Assembly: GCA_037446695.1 (NCBI GenBank)
Contig: JBBIHY010000011.1
Coordinates: 23,172 to 87,171 of the forward strand
Length of the DNA: 64,000 bases
Reading direction: 5' to 3'
Source of the DNA: Bacteroidota bacterium
GTDB lineage: Bacteria; Bacteroidota; Bacteroidia; Bacteroidales; PUMT01
The notes under the pieces are model-generated. The model saw only the letters and a list, made by a program, of their open reading frames with translations. It had not been told where the DNA came from and searched no databases. Positions 59,435-64,000 of this stretch are shown piece by piece. Position 1 is the first letter of the stretch; every line of letters starts with the position of its first letter. A program made the translations under genes and the position numbers.

Positions 59435-60415
59435 ATGCTTTACAGTTTGGAACAGTTGCAGCAAATGGTTGAGAAAGCTCTGCAGGATCTTGACTACGGC
59501 AGACGAATGCCACCTGGTTTGTATGAACCGGTTGGCTATATAGTTTCCATTGGCGGCAAAAGAATAAGACCGGTTATGTTGCTCATGGCCGCTAATCTTT
59601 TTTCTGATGAAATCAAACATGCCCTCATGCCGTCTCTGGCAATTGAAGTCTTTCATAACTTCACACTACTGCACGACGATATCATGGATGATGCACCAAT
59701 AAGGAGAAATCATCCTGCTGTGCATGTTAAATGGAATCAGAATACGGCCATCCTTTCGGGTGATGTTATGTCTGTTCTTGCTTTTCAATACCTTACCGAA
59801 ACAAAGCAGGAACTTATTCACAGAATTCTTCCGGTTTTTACGCGTGCTGCAATGGAAGTGTGTGAAGGACAGCAAATGGATATTGATTTTGAAACCATGA
59901 CGATGGTTACCGAGGAAGAATACATCAGAATGATAGAGAAGAAAACCTCAGTCTTGTTGGCAGCATCTTTTAAAATTGGGGCCCTGCTGGGGGGAGCTAA
60001 TGAAAAGCAGTCAGATTTGCTCTATGAAACAGGACTAAACCTGGGACTGGCGTTTCAGGTTCAGGATGATTTTCTCGATTCTTTTGGAGATCAGGACACC
60101 TTTGGCAAGTTCATTGGCGGGGATATTCTGATGAATAAAAAAACCTTTTTAATGGTAAAGGCATTAGAGATTGCTGAAGGCTCAGATGCCGCTGAACTCA
60201 AAATTCTTATTTCCTCCAGGGATACAGATCCTGCAATCAAAATTCAAAAGGTAAGGGATCTTTATATAAGAACCGGTGCAAAACAAAAGGCAGAGGAAAA
60301 AATAAAATACTATTTCGATCTTGCCTTATCCAGACTCGAAATGATTCCGGTCAAACCTGAGAGAAAAAAGGAAATTCTATGCCTGGCTAATTTGCTCATA
60401 AGCCGAAAATACTGA
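59435..60415 (+). CDS. trans-polyprenyl diphosphate synthase (FPP/GGPP synthase family)
   Basis: The first Asp-rich motif is LLHDDIMDD and the second is QVQDDFLD. The start is taken at the internal ATG (MLYSLEQL). Confidence 0.88.
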   Translation: MLYSLEQLQQMVEKALQDLDYGRRMPPGLYEPVGYIVSIGGKRIRPVMLLMAANLFSDEIKHALMPSLAIEVFHNFTLLHDDIMDDAPIRRNHPAVHVKWNQNTAILSGDVMSVLAFQYLTETKQELIHRILPVFTRAAMEVCEGQQMDIDFETMTMVTEEEYIRMIEKKTSVLLAASFKIGALLGGANEKQSDLLYETGLNLGLAFQVQDDFLDSFGDQDTFGKFIGGDILMNKKTFLMVKALEIAEGSDAAELKILISSRDTDPAIKIQKVRDLYIRTGAKQKAEEKIKYYFDLALSRLEMIPVKPERKKEILCLANLLISRKY

Positions 60416-60646
60416 AAAAATTCTTCATTTTATTCTGTACGAATACAGGCGTTTGTTGATTCGGGAGCGCCCCTTCTTGTTTTTTCAATTAATACGATAA
60501 TTTTTTCCCTGCATCGTAACAAAGTCCCCGTTATTTTTGTATAAATGGAATATCAATAGTGATAATTAATCTATACCAGTTGTTTTGTCATGCTTAAAAG
60601 CATGATTTAATTATGGCAACCCGCTTAGATATGAATCAAAATTGGT

Positions 60647-60654
60647 TAATTTTG
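60647..60654 (+). promoter_or_regulatory. putative -7 box (TAATTTTG) for atpDC
   Basis: The TAnnTTTG match lies 34 nt upstream of the atpD ATG, at the end of a 272-nt intergenic gap. Confidence 0.4.
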
Positions 60655-60660
60655 TAGTAA

Positions 60661-62196
<1,536 letters not shown>

Positions 62197-62211
62197 GTTC
62201 AGGAGGATGTT

Positions 62212-62466
62212 ATGCAACTTGAGATACTTACACCCGGTAAAACCATTTTCTCAGGAAAAGTAAATATTCTGAGAGTTCCCGGCACCAAGGGTCCTTTTAC
62301 TATTTTGCGAAATCACGCACCGATTATATCTTCCCTTGACAGTGGAGAAATCAGCCTTGTAACCGATAAGGGAGTCGACAAATTCTTCTTTATCACTTCA
62401 GGTGTGGTGGAGGTGAAAAAGAATAAAATCACCCTGCTGGCTGAAAAAATCACCGAAGAGCAATGA
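62212..62466 (+). CDS. atpC: F0F1 ATP synthase subunit epsilon (short form)
   Basis: The 84-aa ORF contains only the beta-sandwich domain. It lies directly after atpD. Confidence 0.85.
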   Translation: MQLEILTPGKTIFSGKVNILRVPGTKGPFTILRNHAPIISSLDSGEISLVTDKGVDKFFFITSGVVEVKKNKITLLAEKITEEQ

Positions 62467-63215
62467 TTTTCCGAATTACTGTTTGTGCACTTTTCGCTTT
62501 TTTGATAAATGAACCGGTTATTCCACAGGTAAAGGTTGTTTTTAAAGCGGAGGATGGATTAACAGTAGTGGCCGATCATTATCCGGTTAACAGAACGTAT
62601 CCCTATATTTTACTTTTTCATCAGATGGAATCGGGCCGGGGTGAATTCAGAGACATTGCACTACGGTTAAACAGATTGGGATTTAATTGTTTAGCGGTAG
62701 ATCTCAGGTCCGGAAATGAAATTGATTTTATCCGTAATGAAACTGCTGTGAATGCACTGTCAGGAAGGGTTTCCAGGCGACTTTACGATAACCGGAAAGA
62801 CATGGAAGCAGCAATTGAGTTCACAAAAATTCACACCGAATTACCCTTGATACTTTTTGGCAGTTCCTTTTCTGCCTCTTTGTCACTCATACTGGCAAAA
62901 GTGAGGGATGATATTTCCGGGGTGGTGGCTTTAAGTCCGGGGGAATATTTCGCCGGGACCTTGCCGGTGAGACAACAGATAGCGGGGCTTGAAAAGCCGG
63001 CCTGGATTGCTGCAGGGGCATCTGAAATTGGGTTTGTAAGAGAATTAACAGAAGGTATAGCCGGGCTTTATAAACAGGTATTTTTGGTCAACCAGGAAAA
63101 TGTAAGGGGAACAAGAATTTTAAGTACGAATGAGCCAGTAAGCAGTGAGGCCTGGTTGTCATTGATGGTTTTTCTGAATAATCTAAAAAATTCCCAGGTT
63201 GATTTGGAAGACTAG
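62463..63215 (+). CDS. secreted alpha/beta-hydrolase-fold protein
   Basis: The 250-aa ORF has a signal peptide, the pattern LLFHQ.. and a nucleophile-elbow-like FGSSFSAS. Its start overlaps the atpC stop (ATGA). Confidence 0.45.
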   Translation: MIFRITVCALFAFLINEPVIPQVKVVFKAEDGLTVVADHYPVNRTYPYILLFHQMESGRGEFRDIALRLNRLGFNCLAVDLRSGNEIDFIRNETAVNALSGRVSRRLYDNRKDMEAAIEFTKIHTELPLILFGSSFSASLSLILAKVRDDISGVVALSPGEYFAGTLPVRQQIAGLEKPAWIAAGASEIGFVRELTEGIAGLYKQVFLVNQENVRGTRILSTNEPVSSEAWLSLMVFLNNLKNSQVDLED

Positions 63216-64000
63216 TTCCGGTCCAAAAGTTCCATATTGGGGCAGGTAATTCACCCTTACGCCAGTGGTAAAAGGAAAGAGAAGGCGCAGTATATGATAA
63301 TCAGCAAGGATTTCTGCTCCGGTTGAAATCAGATAGGCTTTTCTCCAGACAAAGGCTGTCCGGTTTTCATTTAAGATCCTGTATTGATTAAGCGCAACGT
63401 CATAATAAACCGAGCCGCGTATTCTCTTCAGGTATATTATTCCAGGTATCCCTGTGTCGGGATAAAACAAGGGAAAAAAATAATCTGATTTCAGGCTGTG
63501 CAGGATTTCCGTTCTGCTTTCTTCAAATCCTCTCGGAAACTCAATCAGGCTGCGGTATAAGTACTTTACGGGCTCCTGCTTCTGGTAATCACCGCGTATA
63601 CGGATACCGTGATTTCTTAAAAATCCGGGAAAATACCCAATGACTGTTGCGTTGAAAATGGATCCAAAATTTTCTGATTCAAAAGGGGATGTATAAAGCC
63701 TCAATCTGAACTGACTGCCCCAGCGTGGAGAAATGTCCCTGGCTGACATTTTCAGGTAACTGTAATAATTCAGTTGCCAGTCAAGGGTTGTTCTCCCTCT
63801 CCTGTATTCATCAGGAATAGTATAGTGATAGTATGAATTATTATAATTGATCTGAAGGGCAGGAATGAGACCGCGTATGTACCGGTTTCCGGTAAGTTGA
63901 AGAGGAATGGAAACCCTCGTTCTTAGGTTCAGCAGATCATTGTCCGTGTTTTCTATTCCTGTGGTATCTCTGCCCATATATACTAGGGGCTCGTCCCCAT
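63183..64000 (-). CDS. outer-membrane beta-barrel protein, C-terminal part (open at window edge)
   Basis: The reading frame stays open to position 64000. The sequence is Y/R/F-rich with alternating beta-strand character and ends in an aromatic residue (INLGIF). Confidence 0.55.
   Translation of the reverse strand, partial: GDEPLVYMGRDTTGIENTDNDLLNLRTRVSIPLQLTGNRYIRGLIPALQINYNNSYYHYTIPDEYRRGRTTLDWQLNYYSYLKMSARDISPRWGSQFRLRLYTSPFESENFGSIFNATVIGYFPGFLRNHGIRIRGDYQKQEPVKYLYRSLIEFPRGFEESRTEILHSLKSDYFFPLFYPDTGIPGIIYLKRIRGSVYYDVALNQYRILNENRTAFVWRKAYLISTGAEILADYHILRLLFPFTTGVRVNYLPQYGTFGPELVFQINLGIF

Overview
The window looks like a largely syntenic chromosomal segment of a Bacteroidota-type genome. 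This is inferred from gene content and order, TAnnTTTG-type -7 boxes, weak Shine-Dalgarno usage and lipoprotein/OMP signatures; no database search was possible. About 60 protein genes are supported. They comprise: purH; the rod-shape cluster mreB-mreC-mreD-mrdA-rodA; an ECF sigma / anti-sigma / OMP module; a decayed moeB/thiF pseudogene; pepE; an AsmA-like protein; a sensor kinase; a U32 peptidase; selU; a hybrid sensor kinase; rsgA; xth; recQ; tatC; lptB; tRNA-Leu(UAG); tig; clpP-clpX; folA-thyA; a saccharopine-dehydrogenase-family enzyme; an AAE/YidE-type transporter; typA; yceD-rpmF-plsX-fabH; and a bactofilin followed by a complete F1Fo ATP synthase. The ATP synthase is split as atpBEFHAG / atpDC by an MMPL-type transporter and a polyprenyl synthase. 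I found no CRISPR array, cas genes, rRNA, prophage or recognisable multi-gene defence system apart from a HEPN/MNT pair. The observations most worth a second look are these. (1) A structured ~130-160 bp intergenic repeat family (long hairpin plus conserved linker, with an optional GC-rich palindromic insert) occurs as a 3-unit tandem array and as two dispersed copies. (2) A ~5 kb AT-rich accessory island is wedged between tig and clpP. It carries an IS3 remnant, the repeat array, a PadR operon, an NMO/FabK-like gene, unexplained GC-rich non-coding patches and a HEPN-MNT pair. (3) Two adjacent uncharacterised paralogs downstream of selU are each an internal duplication of a ~95 aa module. (4) There are two adjacent paralogous Cys-containing lipoproteins of unknown function. 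(5) The hybrid histidine kinase has Gln in place of the H-box histidine. None of these can be shown from sequence alone to be a new biological system, and each needs database and expression checks.
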